A stretch of DNA of 63,999 nt, counting the filler, from Octopus bimaculoides (lineage: Eukaryota): assembly GCF_001194135.2 (NCBI RefSeq). It is 5 parts of 5 records of this genome, joined end to end, with 100 filler letters (N's around TTAATTAATTAA, not from the genome) between each part and the next. Parts side by side here need not be neighbours in the genome. Positions count along the whole stretch, not along the records: positions 1 to 27,618 come from NC_068994.1; 4 more parts are not named here. One strand, given 5' to 3'. Below, piece by piece: positions 13,721 to 27,618 of this stretch; positions within the stretch are counted from its first letter, which is position 1; each line of letters opens with the position of its first letter. The notes under the pieces are model-generated. The model saw only the letters and a list, made by a program, of their open reading frames with translations, was not told the DNA's origin and ran no database searches. A program made the translations under genes and the position numbers.

Positions 13721-14471
13721 GGGTCACCAATATACTCCACCTGAAAAAAATGGCAGATGGCTAAAATTTATTTGATCAGAGGTCTACTCAATGAAGGCTG
13801 ACTAGGGATAAACTGCAGCTTAAAGCAACAACAACAAAATCAACAACAAAATCAACAACAACAGAAGTAGCAGCAACAACAGCAACTGGCAAAAATCGAC
13901 TGAGCATTGAATAAACTATTTTTGCTTGCATTTAGTCTGAGTTCTTTACTTTATAAGTACATATTCTGAGTGTTGATACAGTATTATAAGTGATTTTTGT
14001 ATTATCATTATTATCAATGCCAGAGAAAATGCTTAGAGGTATTTCCTCAGCCTGAGTTAAAATTTTGCCTTTCATTCTTATGATGCTGATAAAATAAGTA
14101 CCAGTTGAGTAGAGGGTTTCATGTAATCAACTAGCCCCCTTATTCAAATTTCAGGCCTTATGATAGTAGTAGTAAAAATCATTAGTACCATCATTGGATT
14201 GTGTGTATGTGTGTGTATGTGTGCATGTGTGTGTATGTGTGCATGTGTGTGCACACGCACATGTGTGTATATGTATGTGTATGTGAGTGTATGTGAGTGT
14301 ATGTGAGTGTATGTGTGTATGTATATATATACATATATTATTCACACACGTGTGCATACATATATGCACAAGCATTCATATACATATATAATATGAAATA
14401 ATATGCATACATCCTATATGATATAAATATATATACATATATATATATATATACATATATANNNNNNNNNN

Positions 14472-14514
<43 letters not shown>

Positions 14515-14699
14515 AGAGAGAGAGAGAGAGAGAGAGACACACACACACACACAAATATATATGTATTTAAACATATATACAAATATAAGTACACATACAT
14601 ATATACACACACTCACATACACATATATATATATATCATTTTATATATCAAAAATGTTATTTTTCCTCAACTACCATTAGAATTAGAATTATTGTCTTA

Positions 14700-14920
14700 A
14701 AATACTTTATTGAACGAAGTGATCTCAGAGAAGCAACTGGAAAAGCTTTCATACAAATCTGATAATCTAATTAAAAGAATATGACAAAAATTCCTCATGT
14801 AAGAATATATAGCAAGCACAACAATGAACAGCAGCGTACACAAAATTTGAGAAAGTCAAAGAGGAATATAATGTGAATTGAAATTCAGAATTGGACATCA
14901 AGTGAAAATTCAGAACATAT
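14700..14920 (+). pseudogene. Degenerate hAT transposase fragment (same family as 20930-21135, opposite strand)
   Basis: Roughly 70% by-eye identity to the reverse complement of 20930-21135. Translates YFIERSDLREATGKAFI, resembling the F-x-E-D-x-T-G region of Tip100/Zaphod-like hAT transposases. Confidence 0.45.
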
Positions 14921-15719
14921 AACAAAATAACATAGTAATAAAATAAAGAACAGAGCTAAGCTGTTCTTAACATCAAGAGAATTATTAAAATTGAACCAGC
15001 TAATACAGCATGAGTAATAATCCTATATGAAATTGAGAAACAATAAAATCTAAGGATATTATTGTACATTTTAGAAAATATTAAATAAATAAGCAATTCA
15101 AGGAAATACTCCATATAATTCTTCCTCGTCGTCGTCTCAAAATTATGTTTGCAGTAAAAAAAACAATAATAATAAAATACTACAAACAACAAAAAGAACA
15201 CATTTTTAGTAAGATATATTTGAAAACTTTCACACTGCCTACTGTGCTGACAAGGAATTTATATTTAAAACATGTGGTTATAAATATACTGAAGTTACCG
15301 TTTTAGTTTTATACACAGAAAATATGAGTTAAATGCTACATTTTGTTAAATAATCCTTTTTATGTTAGCTATTTTCAGTTTTATTGATTGAATTAGTCGC
15401 TGAAAGAAATGTTAAGTGCTAACTTCAAGTACCTCAAGTTGGTTGTGTCAACTAAAACTGTTTACCAAAAATCATTCAATTATAATTATTTTAAATAACT
15501 AACAAGTTGCAGGTTTGGCGTCATGCTTACTATTTTTGCTTCCTCACCATGTGATTGTGGTTTCAATTCCACTGCACAGTACTTTGTTCAATTGTCCTCT
15601 GCTTTAGCATCAGGCTGACCAATTTGTCCAAAGAGGAATATATATATATGTATACAAAACAGTTTCATGCACTGGTTTCATTTATATATAGATATATACA
15701 CATATATATCATCATCGTC

Positions 15720-15960
15720 ATTTAACATCCGTTTTCCATGGTGTGATGGTTTCGATGGTTTGACAGGACCAGGCCAGCTGAGGAGCTGTCCAGACTCCAA
15801 TTGTCTGTTGTGGCAATTGTCCAATTGTCAGCTGGATGCCCTTCATAAAAGCAAGCACTTTACAGAATGTGCTAGGTGCCTTTTACATGACGCTGGTAAG
15901 GGTGCACTTATGCAGCACCAGTATGAATGCCTTTTATGTGGCACCTGCACCTGTAATGGA
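15720..15960 (-). mobile_element. SINE family B, degenerate
   Basis: TTTAACATCCGTTTTCCATG end and GCTGGATGCCCTTC motif. Confidence 0.7.
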
Positions 15961-15982
15961 CACGCCTGAATGTATGGATGTG

Positions 15983-16025
<43 letters not shown>

Positions 16026-16595
16026 TTGAGTGTGTGTGCTGTGTTTGTATAACAAGGGGAAATTTAAGGCAAAGTACAGTTGAAAACTAACCACAGTTCT
16101 GAAAACTGACTGATAATGATAATCTACAATAGTAGTAACTCATACGGTAGTCATACATCTAACCCTACATACAAGATATATCTATCAGTCTATCTGTTTT
16201 TCAGTCTGTCTATGTATATATGTATGTATGTATGTATGTATCTATCTAGCTTGCTAGCTAGCTTAACTACCTATCTATATATCTATCTGTCTGTCTGTCT
16301 GCCTGTATGTTTGTCTGCCTGTCTGTCAGTCTATCTACCTGTCTACCTAGCTGCTTACCTACTTATCTACCTATCTACCTGCCTGCCTGCTTGTTTTTCT
16401 GTCTGTCTGTGTCCCTGTCTGTCAGTCTATCTATCTATCTATATATACCTACCTACATACCTACCTACCCACATACCCACCTACCCACATACCCACCCAC
16501 CTACCTACCTACCTACCTACCTGCCTACATACCTACCTACCTACCTAGCTATCTATCTACCTACCTACTTATCTATTTATCTATCAATCTATCTA

Positions 16596-16732
16596 CCCCA
16601 GTATAATTGCAGCAGTCCAAGTACCCCAGTATAATTGAAGCAATCCAAGTACCCCAGTATAATTGCAGCAGTCCAAGTACTCCAGTATAATTGCAGCAAT
16701 CCAAGTACCACAGTATAATTGCAGCAGTCCAA
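16596..16732. repeat. 28-bp minisatellite, about 4.9 units (CCCCAGTATAATTGCAGCAGTCCAAGTA), following a compound (CTAT/CTAC/CTGT)n tract
   Basis: Units start at 16596, 16624, 16652, 16680 and 16708. Confidence 0.95.
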
Positions 16733-17009
16733 TGAGTCAAGACAGTAAAAGAATAAAAATTAATGTTAATGGAATGTGTGATCAAATGTTTCATGATATT
16801 TACTCAGCATTCAACAGAGGTAATTCACAGATCTCTGTCAAAAGGTTAAGAGACTGATCAATGAACTCTGGAATTTTTATGGAAATCACAGAATTCATTA
16901 TTTCTAATCTGTTGTAACATTAAGTAACAATTTATTTTTCCTATTCTTTCACTAAATTCTATATAGTGCTAAAAAAAAAATTATACAAAATGTTACTGAT
17001 AATAATAAT

Positions 17010-17260
17010 AATAATCCTGAATTTTGGAGAAGTGGAAAAGTCGATTACATTGACTCCAGTACTCAACTGGTACTTAATTTATCAACCCCAAAAGAATGAA
17101 AGGCAAAACTGACCTCGGCAGAATTTGAACTCAGAACATAGTGGCAGACAAAATACCACCAAGCATTTCACCTGGCATGCTAACGATTCTTCCAGCTCAT
17201 TGCCTTAATATTGATAATAATAATAATAATAATAGTAATAATAATAATAATAACAATAAC

Positions 17261-17325
<65 letters not shown>

Positions 17326-17560
17326 CAACAGCAATAGTCCTTTCTACTGGAGGCACAAGGCCTAAAATTTGTTGGGAGGGAGTTAGTTGATTACATCGAA
17401 CCCCAGTGCTCAACTGGTACTTAATTTATCGACCCCCCCCCCCCAAGGATGAAAGGGCAAGGTGGACCTCACTAGAACTTGAACTCAGAATGTGAAGACG
17501 GATGAAATGCTGCTAAGCATTTTGCCCAGCATGCTAACAATTCTGCCAGCTCACCACCGT
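17010..17560 (-). mobile_element. Two tandem SINE family A copies separated by an (AAT)n tract (17215-17325)
   Basis: Both carry GGATGAAAG(G)GC-type and GAACTCAGAA motifs; both are CpG-decayed. Confidence 0.85.
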
Positions 17561-18189
17561 AAAAATAATAAATAAATGAATAAATAAATAAACAAACAAA
17601 TAAATAAATAAGTGAATAAATAAATAAGCAAGTAAATGAAAAATATAGCTAGTCGATATGAAAATTTGAGATGTCTGTTGTTAGCAGTGGGTTAAGTAAA
17701 TGTGATAACATATACAAAGGAAATTCTGTATAGTACTAACTGGCTAGCTACCAAATGTGAAATATAAGTTTCTATTGAATTTCAGATACAAATCAAATAC
17801 TGTTTTCCAAATCGATCTAGGTGTTCACTTCTTTGTTTTGACTTCCATTCAGGCAAAGAGTTAAATATGATGTCTAATGGGATACAAGATAAAAACCAAT
17901 TGAACTTTCAACACAACTACCTTTTTATTTACTATTTTGTATATTGATATATGTGTATGTACATATATATATATATANNNNNNNNNNNNNNNNNNNNNNN
18001 NNNNNNNNNNNNNNNNNNNNTATGTATGTATATATATATTATTTATTTATTTTATTTATTTATTGTGGTGTCCACTATATTTTTCAAGATTTCTGAGACT
18101 GCAAAGTATAAAGCAGAAAGCGCAAAAGCCTACTTAAAAGCTTGAAATAAAAGAGATTTCTTTAACAGGAATCTCTTTTCAAAAATACA

Positions 18190-19035
18190 TAGTCTAGTGG
18201 TTAGGATGCTACACTCATGGTTACAAATTGTGGTTTCAATTCCTGGACTGGAAGGTGCACTTTACTCTTGAGCAAAATACTTTCTTTTCTTGTTGCTTCA
18301 CTCCACTCAACTGAAAATGAGTAACTCTGCAAATATTGTGATCTCAGCCACTTAAAATGTAAAGACGCCCTTTGGTCATGAATGACCATGGGATTGCCCC
18401 TAGAAAGTTTCCCGCTGAGGCACAAGTTCAGGCAAGGTTGTTTATGGAAGACCAGTAGTTGCTCATTCACATCCTCTCCACACCACCAATGTTACCTAAG
18501 GGAAAGGAAAAGGGTGATGCAGCCTGGCACCAGTAACATTACAACTCATTTCTACATCTGAGTGAACTGGCACAATGTGAAATAAAGTGTCTTGCTTAGT
18601 AACACAACACTCACAACCTGGTCCGGGAATTGAACTCACTACCTCATAATTGTGAGCCTGATTCTCTAACCACTAAGCCATGTGCCTCTCAATCACTTAT
18701 ATGCTATCAAAACCAGGCAACTAGCCTTAGGACTCAAGACAGTGATGTCCAGGGTTTCATCATGACGATGAATCTTTGGTTAGATGGTGGTACGTGGAGG
18801 CACAAGGCTTAGTGGTTAGGGTGCTGTACTCATGATCGTAAGATTGTAGTTTCGATTTCTGGACCAGGCTGTATGTTGTGTTCTTGAGCAAAGCACTTCA
18901 TTTCACATTGCTCCAGCCCACTCAGCTGGCAAAAATAAGTAGCCATGCAAAGGACCAGGATCCTGTCCAGGTGGGGAATTTTTACAACATGGAAACCAGA
19001 AAACCAGCTCTTATGAGTTGTCATAACTCAAGAAA
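18190..19035. mobile_element. Cluster of three tRNA-derived SINE family F copies (+ 18190-18360, - 18370-18690, + 18795-19035)
   Basis: TAGTGGTTAGG...GTTTC(A/G)ATT(C/T)C head and TTCTTGAGCAAAGCACTTCATTTCAC.TTGCTCCAG core. The middle copy is homologous to 40925-41260. Confidence 0.75.
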
Positions 19036-19690
19036 GTAAATTAACATAGATGGTAGTGTACAATATTAAACTGAATGGTTCATTAAGAGACCCCTAAATG
19101 CTTGCAACAGAGATAACTCTGTGAAAGACCTTCAAAAGCCAGTTAGGGCTACTAACTGCATGAAAGCTCTAATTAGAGTTTTTACCCAGTTGCTGTTTAC
19201 CAAATTTCTCTTACATGTCTGTGGTTGACTTGGGCTATAGTAGAAGATACTTGTCCACCAAAGTACCATGTAACAGAATTGAACCTGGAATCATGTAGTT
19301 TCAAAGCAAATACGTTAACATACATTGTGATGTCTGAGGCTGTGCAGAAATAAAATAAACAAGACCTAAAGGCTGACATTTTACTTCGAGAGAAATTTTT
19401 GCAATTTGACCAAGTTGTATATTATATAACAATATATTGTGTAATATATAATATATATATATATCATATAATTACATGTAATATATATGATATATAATAT
19501 AATATAATGTAATATATTTTATGCTCCTAAAGGGACCCAGGAATCAAGTGTACTCAAGGGACACAAGAACCAAGAACCAACTTGGTTATGGATTAAGTCT
19601 ATCACACAAATTAGTTCTGCTCTTTTAAATGTTTGGTCATATGAGAAAAGAAGAGGAAAAAACAATGTAGAAGCTGTATGTATGTATGTT

Positions 19691-19723
<33 letters not shown>

Positions 19724-20399
19724 TTATCTATCTATCTGTCTCTCTATACATACATGCACACATACCCACAAACATGCATATAGGTTGGGATTATTGTGAC
19801 TTGATTCAAGGAACTACCTGATAAGAATATGAAGGTATACCCCCTGTATGAAGGGGAAGAATATAAATCATAAGAACTACAGTGATTGATGTTGTTGTTA
19901 TTGTTGTTCTTTGTAAGTGTATTTTGGTAAATCTGCTAAATATATGATATATGGGGCAGAGGCAAATGATTGAACAAACTATCCAATCAGCATTTCAAGA
20001 CACGGTCATCCCAAGTTTATTGTTGGGATATATTGTTGTATGATTAAAGCACAAACACCGTGTGGTACAAAGTCTAAAGACGTTAAGGAGTTTGTTGGCA
20101 GGAAATTAGTTGCTACATTGAACAGATCACGCAAAATTGATTCTGTTAAATAATTCCTTTAGATGATTTTGTAATTCTTTGAAAAGCTTTTAGACTTAAG
20201 TTGATGTTTGTGAATGTTGAAAAAAAGAATAATTTAAGCGTTCTTCAATTTTTCTATTTCATTTTTATTTATTTATTTTTTGTCTGGATTTTTAGAAAGA
20301 AAACAATTTTAAATACACATAAAGATGCAAAGGATAAAATACATAAAAATATTAGCTTGATCAAATCTATGTTTAAACCAGTGAACACACTTGCATATT

Positions 20400-22900
20400 A
20401 ATTCATAAATTAGCAACAACTGCACACACAACTTTTTCTTAATTTGGATATGAAAATATCGCCTAATTATATCTCAATTGGGTTCATCTGAAGAATTTCT
20501 TGTTCAAATTATCAGTTTATCTTTAGAGAATCTCTCTTTTTCTGTCTTTTTGTCTATGATGTAAACAAAGTTTGAAATGTGCTTTGACTACACAACTGAT
20601 GTAACTGTCTTCCTAAATGAATGGATTTTTTTCTGAATTTTAAAACATTTAACACATTGGATGACAAATATCCTCTTAGTAAGAGACTATGCCTACCTAT
20701 AGTTCTTTCAGAAACGTTCAAAGTTGTCTCTTCTATTTGCTCAACCGAAGGATAATGTTAGTTAACCCTTAATAAGCTTTCTATCTTTAACTGCTGCATT
20801 TAACACTACTGTTCAATCATTCATGATGTTGACAGCATTGGATACAACAAAACCCACTCATTTAAGACTACCATAGAAATATTATTAGAGTAAATCCTTT
20901 GCTTGTGTAAAATGAGACAGCACAAATGAATTGCCCTTTATGTACAATTTTGAATTTCAATCCACATTTCATAGCTCATTAACATGATAAACTCTTGTAT
21001 GCTGCTGTTCATAACTGATTGATATAGTCTTACATTGATAATTTTTCTCATTTTCTTTTAATTAGAATATTAAATTGATATAAAAGCTTTTTCCAGTCAC
21101 TTTTGTAAGATCACTTTGTTCAATAAAGTAGTATCAGGGGATAATTTCTAATGTTGGTGGTGTAAAAACTATGAAGATATCCAATTCACAGCTGAAGATG
21201 GGCGTTCTCTTTTTTTATGTAATGTGCTTTCATTCTTTCCTTGTTGACTCTGCTTGCTGTCACCACACCCAAAATAATTCTCAATCCTGAAAGTTCCTAA
21301 ACCACTGTATGAAAGTATATTTATAGTTGGTACTAAAAAGGTTATGAATAAACAGATAACAATCTTAATTAACAATATATTAAATGTTGTTTCAATGGAT
21401 TTTGTAAGGTATTACAATGTAAAATATAAAAAGTTCTGGTGTAAATATGTTGTGAAGTAAAAAGTTTGATGTTGACTCCTCTGTATAAGCTTAATAATAA
21501 CATAAGGGAAATTAAAACATGCATAATATTTATGCATACTTTCTGGCTAATTTTTATCTTGTACTGGTTCATTGTTTTGTCCTTGAGTGGTTTCAGTATC
21601 ATCAGCTTTTCTGTAAGTTGCCACATATAAAAGATCCATGCTACTGCCATATATAAAGCACTCAAGCTGGTGCTGTGTGAAATGCATTCAGTACACCATG
21701 CAAAGTAGTTGGCATTAGGAAGGGCCTCTAACCATAGAAACCATTCCAAAACAGATAATTGAAGTCTGGGCAGTTCTTTGGCTGGCTAGTTCCCATCAAA
21801 CCGTCCAACCCATAACAGTATGGAAAATGGATGTCAAATTATGATGGCGATGATGATGATAAGGATGAAGTAGTTGCTAGCCCCTTTCTCAGCCCGTCTT
21901 TATGTCTAGAAAGTGGGATGCTCTGAGTAGTCCTTCTCTGATACTCAACATAATGTAATGTGCTTGTAAAAGTGTAAGATGAATCAACCCTAGTACATAA
22001 CTACATAACTAGCATTTTATTTATTGAATTTGTAAGACGAACATTTACCTCTGAAGAATTTGAAATTTATGCACAGAGAGCCATAATACGTTATGCAGGG
22101 AATTATTCTGACTATCTATTATTGCCTCTAACTATTGGCTACTTATTATTTAGACAAAATTTATTTTATTAATAATTATAAGGATTTCATTTTTTGCTGC
22201 AATGCTCTATTTTATAGTGCAAAATGATTTGACCCTAAATATATTAGAGTCAGTGACATAGCAGAACATATATACAACAGAATATATAACTGTAGATCAA
22301 TGCTGGGAAACATTTTTAGCTTGAGGGACAAATTATATGTGCATAAGAACCCATGGGAGTGCATTGTTGAAAAAAAATGATGAATCTTTAATTTTACAAA
22401 TTCAAAAGTATGCAACTCATATTGAATTACTATTTTGGTATTAAAGCTTAAACCAGTTTTATTTTCATTTATTTATTTATCTATTTAATTCATCTGATTG
22501 ATTTTTCAAAACTTCGTAGCAGACTGTTTCATATTTGAATATGGGTGAAATTGGATCTATGGGCAAGTGGTTTCTCCAGAAATTTTCTAGATAAATGAGA
22601 TGGTAATCCACCTTATTCACTTGGCTACTTTGTCTCTAAATAAAAGAATAGCTTAAAAGAACCAGTCATCAAAATACTTCCATCAGAATCTTGCATATTC
22701 TTATATCCCTTGAGCAAGTTATTAATTCAATGAAACAGTTGTTAAGAGAGTTATATGACATTTTAACTGACAATTCTCTGATGGTTGAGAAATATTCTCA
22801 TGTTAAATTCTCATGTTCCAAACACATTTCAGGTTTGCTTCTAAGAGAAAAAGAAAAAGAAAAAAAAAACAAATTTATATTATTTTATACAATATTCTGT
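20400..22900 (-). pseudogene. Heavily decayed hAT (Tip100/Zaphod/ZMYM1-like) transposase fossil, interrupted by a SINE at 21660-21860
   Basis: Minus-strand remnants occur in the expected order: LLFRD (about 22640), NFLEK-LA..DPI (about 22580), QNEIL (about 22190), YFIEQSDLTKVTGKSF (about 21100), AIHLCC (about 20920). Many stops and frameshifts; assigned from remembered motif patterns. Confidence 0.45.
21660..21860 (+). mobile_element. SINE family B
   Basis: GTTGGCATTAGGAAGGGC...CCGTCCAACCCAT...GGAAAATGGATGTCAAA(TGA)n. Confidence 0.8.
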
Positions 22901-22911
22901 CTTTAGTTATT

Positions 22912-23650
22912 GGCATGGCTCTGTGGCTAAGAAGCTCACTTTGTAACCACATAGTTTCAGGTTCAATCCCACTGTGTGGCACCTTGAACAAGTGTTTTCT
23001 ACAATAGCTCCTGGCTAACTAATGTATTGTAAGTGAATTTGGTAGATGGAATTTTGGCACTATGTCAGCAAGTTATGGGGAGGGTGCTATTTGATTACAT
23101 TGACCCCAGCATTCAACGGGTACTTATTTTATCGAGCCCAAAAGGATGAAAGGCAAAGTTGATCCCGGTGGAATTTGAACTCAGAACGTGAGGACAGACG
23201 AAATGCCACAAAGCATTTTGCCTGGCATGCAAATGATTCTGCCAGTTCACCACCTTACAAATTGAAAAATATTAAAATTCGTTTTTTTTTTTTTTACAGC
23301 AGAAATCTTTTTGCTTTTATATGAATTGTCTGCAGTATATTATTTTGTATTATTTTAGCAAACTCTTACACGACTGAATGTGTGTTACCAAGTAGTTACA
23401 GTGTTGAACTCATGATCACAAGATTGTGGTTTCAATTACCAGACCAGGCCGGGCATTGTATTTTTGAGCAAAGTAGTTCATATCATATGGCTCTAGTTCA
23501 CTCAGCTGTAAATGAGTTTCTGCAATAACTATGAAGTTAACCCTGTGATGGACTGGCATCCCATTTGTGGAAAGCATTTGTAATCTCATTCTTTTATACA
23601 TAATGAAAACTGGGTTAAGCTCCAAGCTTATAAGTTCTAGGGATCATGAT
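22912..23650. mobile_element. SINE cluster: family E (+ 22912-23050), family A (- 23065-23255), family F (+ 23400-23650)
   Basis: Diagnostic family motifs as described for the other copies. Confidence 0.7.
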
Positions 23651-24934
23651 AGACCTATGTTTAAGTCTAGGGGTAATTAAATGAGACTAAATACTGTAGG
23701 TGATTCATTACTATTTTTTTACCAACTAACTACGTAAAACATCTTCTCCCCAATAATAAATTCCATTCTTCATGTTCAGAATGCTTCTTAAAGATATCAA
23801 ATCAACTTCAGTAATTTTATTGGTACTTTATTTTATCAACCCTGGAATTAAGAAAACCAAAGTTAATACCAGTCTAAGTCCTCTTTTTTTTTATTTTCTA
23901 TTCTTATCTAGGATGCTTTACAATATTAAATTAGCAGCAATATTTGATTGGTGTTTTATTTCATTGACTACAGAAGAAAGAAAGGCAAAATTGACCTCAG
24001 TAAGATTCAAACCCAGAAACATAAATTGTTCCATTGCCTATTGATATTCAAATTTCATTCATCATGGCTAAGATGAGCATTTTTTGTTTGCTTCTTTTCC
24101 CACTTCCTTTCCAATCTCAGCAACTTGACTGAATCCAAAGCATTAGTCACTGAATGCTATGGTTGCACACATTTGCTCAAGGTTCCATGCAGCTAAATTG
24201 AACACAGAACCATGCACTTATGATGCAAATTTCTTAGCCATACAAGCCACACTAGCCATGTGGGTGTCCATTTGTGGTATATCTTGAAATCTGCCCTTGA
24301 TGTTTATCAATATATTCTACTTTATTTACTGTGCATCATTAGATACAATTTTATTATTCTGAAGAAGTTCAGATTTTGCACTTGCATAAAGTTCGCTATT
24401 TGCTATTTGGTTCTTCAAGAGAAAGTTTATATTCTCTTTCTGTACGTTTATCAAATTAGCTAGCCATAGAAAGAGAATTTACAGAGTTAAGATCATCAAG
24501 CAATTACAGCCTGACATGGGCAGTACATGGTTCTTGTTGTGTTAGCCTACGTCACATTCTAATTGGTTGCTTTGAAACAAGCTCCTGTTTAGCGATGTTA
24601 TCGTGTATTCTGATTGAGTCATTAGTTCTGTATGACAACTGAACTGGAATGGTAAATAGGGACAGTCTCAAGAACTGGAAGGTAGTGACAATCTGCATCA
24701 GCATGGTCTCGTTAGGAAGTATAAGTAAACAAGAAGTATGCTGATGTTCTTTAAAAAAGAAGTAGAGAAAGAGACTAATGTTTCTTCTCTGACATAGAGG
24801 AGAGTCTGAGATGTTAGCCCCTACTTCTCAACATAAACAAACTTAACCCTCTTATATATATACATATATCATCATCATCATCATCATCATCGTTTAACGT
24901 ATATATATATACATACATATACACACACACACAT

Positions 24935-24967
<33 letters not shown>

Positions 24968-25279
24968 NNNNNNNNNNNNNNNNNNNNNNNNNNNNNNNNN
25001 NNNNNNNNNNNNNNNNNNNNNNNNNNNNNNNNNNNNNNNNNNNNNNNNNNNNNNNNNNNNNNNNNNNNNNNNNNNNNNNNNNNNNNNNNNNNNNNNNNNN
25101 NNNNNNNNNNNNNNNNNNNNNNNNNNNNNNNNNNNNNNNNNNNNNNNNNNNNNNNNNNNNNNNNNNNNNNNNNNNNNNNNNNNNNNNNNNNNNNNNNNNN
25201 NNNNNNNNNNNNNNNNNNNNNNNNNNNNNNNNNNNNNNNNNNNNNNNNACACACACACATATATATATATATGTATATA

Positions 25280-26530
25280 TATTTGGTCATCCCATAAATA
25301 ATGCGTTTTTTTCAGCTGCATGAACTAAAAGTTGGAAGGGGATGGGATAAACTACCTGCATTAATTTGTTATAAAAGTAATCCTTGAGCTTATTCTTAGT
25401 GCAGGATTTGAAGAGTGCAGTTCATTTTAACGGTTATTTTCCAAAGCTATAATGGAAGTGACAAAGGAGCATATTCAGCATATTTTGCTTTATGAGTTCA
25501 ATAAAGGTAACAATGCAATGGTAAATGTGAGGAATATTAATGCAGTATATGGAGATTGGACAATAAGCATAAGCCAGTGTCAACAGGGATTCCAGAAATT
25601 CCAAACCAGAAACTACAGCCTAGAAGATGAGCCTCATCCTGGAAGATCTGTAAACCCTGTTCTGCAAAACCTAGTAGAACAAAATCCAGTCATAACTATT
25701 GAAGAACTAGCAGAAAAGCTTGGATTTTGTCATTCAACCATTCATTGACACCTGCATGCCATCAGAAAAGTCAGTAAATTGGGGCAATGGGTTCCTCACA
25801 AACTTTCCGACTCTAATTGTGCACAGAGAGTGAATCTGAGCTCTTCTTTGCTGTCATGTCTCACAAATGAACTTTTTGGGGGAGTGAATAGAGACTGGTG
25901 AAGAGAAATGAGTTCGCTATAAAAATGTCAAGTGCTGAAGACAGTAGGCAGGGAAAAGAGAAACACCAGCACCCCAGGCTAAAGAAGGTCTTTACCCATG
26001 TAAGGTGTTGTTGTCTGTTTGGTGTGATGTGAAAGATTTAGTCGACTTTGAACTTTAAACCCAAACCAAACGATAACAAAGGAGATCTTTTGCAAGCAGC
26101 TTGAATGGTTTAAGTCAGCACGAGAAGAAAACTACCGTCTTTGGTTTCAAGCTGAAAGGTGTTCTTCCATCATGCTCGGCCACACATAGCATGGATAACA
26201 TTCAAAAAGCTGGAGCAGCTTGAATGAGAGATGATGCCCCCACCTACCTATCATATTTACCCCATCTCATTATCATTCTGCAGTCTTCAAAATTGTTTGG
26301 ATGGAAAAAATATGAATTCTGTAGATGAGGTCAGTACGGTACTGGAGAATCATTTCTCATCATGGACAAGTGAGTTTTGAAAGAGGGGCTTTGCAAATTT
26401 ACCAGACGGATGAAAGAGCATTGTAGAAAATGAAGGAGAGTATATTTTAGATTAAAAAAGAAACTTTGTATATCTTAATTTTGAAAAATAAAAGAAGTAT
26501 AAAAAACTGTATTATTTATGGGTTGACCCA

Positions 26531-26533
<3 letters not shown>
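25280..26533 (+). mobile_element. Full-length but inactivated mariner transposon (about 1.25 kb, DD34D/SETMAR-like)
   Basis: Imperfect TIRs TATTTGGTCATCCCATAAATAATGCG / (reverse complement) TATTGGGTCAACCCATAAATAATACAG in TA context. Transposase from 25452 has the HTH region, WVPHKL (25788), TGEEK and HARPH, with stops and frameshifts. Confidence 0.93.
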
Positions 26534-26580
<47 letters not shown>

Positions 26581-27045
26581 GCATACATGCACACACACAC
26601 ACACACACACATATACATATAAACTTAAATTGTTGTCAGAGAAGTAGTTATGGAAATCTAAAGAAAATTTAAACACCAGAGAGAAGTTATGTTTCTATTT
26701 GTTTCTGTGGTCTAGCAGAACATTACTACTTTACAGTTCTATATTTAGGAGATGAGGAATTATGTACATTATTTACATTTAACAGTTATTTGTCCTCGTC
26801 TTGTTTGTTGTTGTTCACAAACAAGATGAGGACAAATATCCATCGAATGTTAATAATGTAAATTATGAAAATAATTACTACTTTACTTTAGTTTTAAAAA
26901 AATAAAGATTTGTTGTTCAATTAACAGTGAAATGTGATGAGTACATTGAAAAATAAGACACATGATGGTGCTCAGAGATCAAACTAATTAAAACATTGTG
27001 TAGATGTATATGTTTTGAAAAAAAAAAAACATTTTTCTAAACGCA

Positions 27046-27583
27046 CAGGTGTAACTTTGTGGTAAAAAGCTTGCTTTCCAACCGCATGGTTCTAGGTTCA
27101 GTCTCACTGTGTGGTACCTTGGGCAAATGCCTTCTGCTATAACCTCAGGTAAACTAAAAGCTTTGTAAGTGGATTTGGTAGACAGAAACTGAAAGAAGGC
27201 CATGGGCCTCATGGAGGCAAAGTGGTTGAATTCCTTTCGAGGGTTCAGTCTCATGGAGGTGAGTTCCTTTCAGGCATTGGGCCTCATGGTGGCAATGACT
27301 GAGACCTTTTGCATTGTTATGCTTGCAAAGACCCATCAAGCCAGGCAAAATCACAGTCATGGCAGATACTAGTGTCACAAAAATGGCACCCATGCCAGTG
27401 GTATGTAAAAGCACCCATTACACTCTTGGAGTGGTTGGCATTAGGAAGGGCATCTAGCCATAGAAACCTTACCATATCAGACTGGAGTCTGGTGTAGCTT
27501 TCCAGCTTACCCACTGTGGTCAAACCGCCCAACCCATGCCAACATGGACAATGGATGTTAAGTGATGATGATGAGGATAATGA

Positions 27584-27590
<7 letters not shown>
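27046..27590 (+). mobile_element. SINE family E (27046-27200) followed by SINE family B (27330-27590), CpG-decayed
   Basis: Family motifs present; nearly all CpGs read as TpG/CpA. Confidence 0.75.

Positions 27591-27618
<28 letters not shown>

Noticed and set aside
16596-16732. CRISPR-like regular repeat
   Set aside because: Contiguous tandem units without unique spacers, in a eukaryotic context with no cas genes.
19955-20035. RQMIEQTIQSAFQDTVI, resembling the ABCC C-terminal IQ.TIR..F.D.TV motif
   Set aside because: The following IAHRL motif is absent, the frame stops shortly after, and splice sites are poor.
22490-22638. Minus-strand open frame after a strong acceptor (RQSSQVNKVDYHLIYLENFW...)
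   Set aside because: Better explained as part of the decayed hAT fossil, and there is no good donor.
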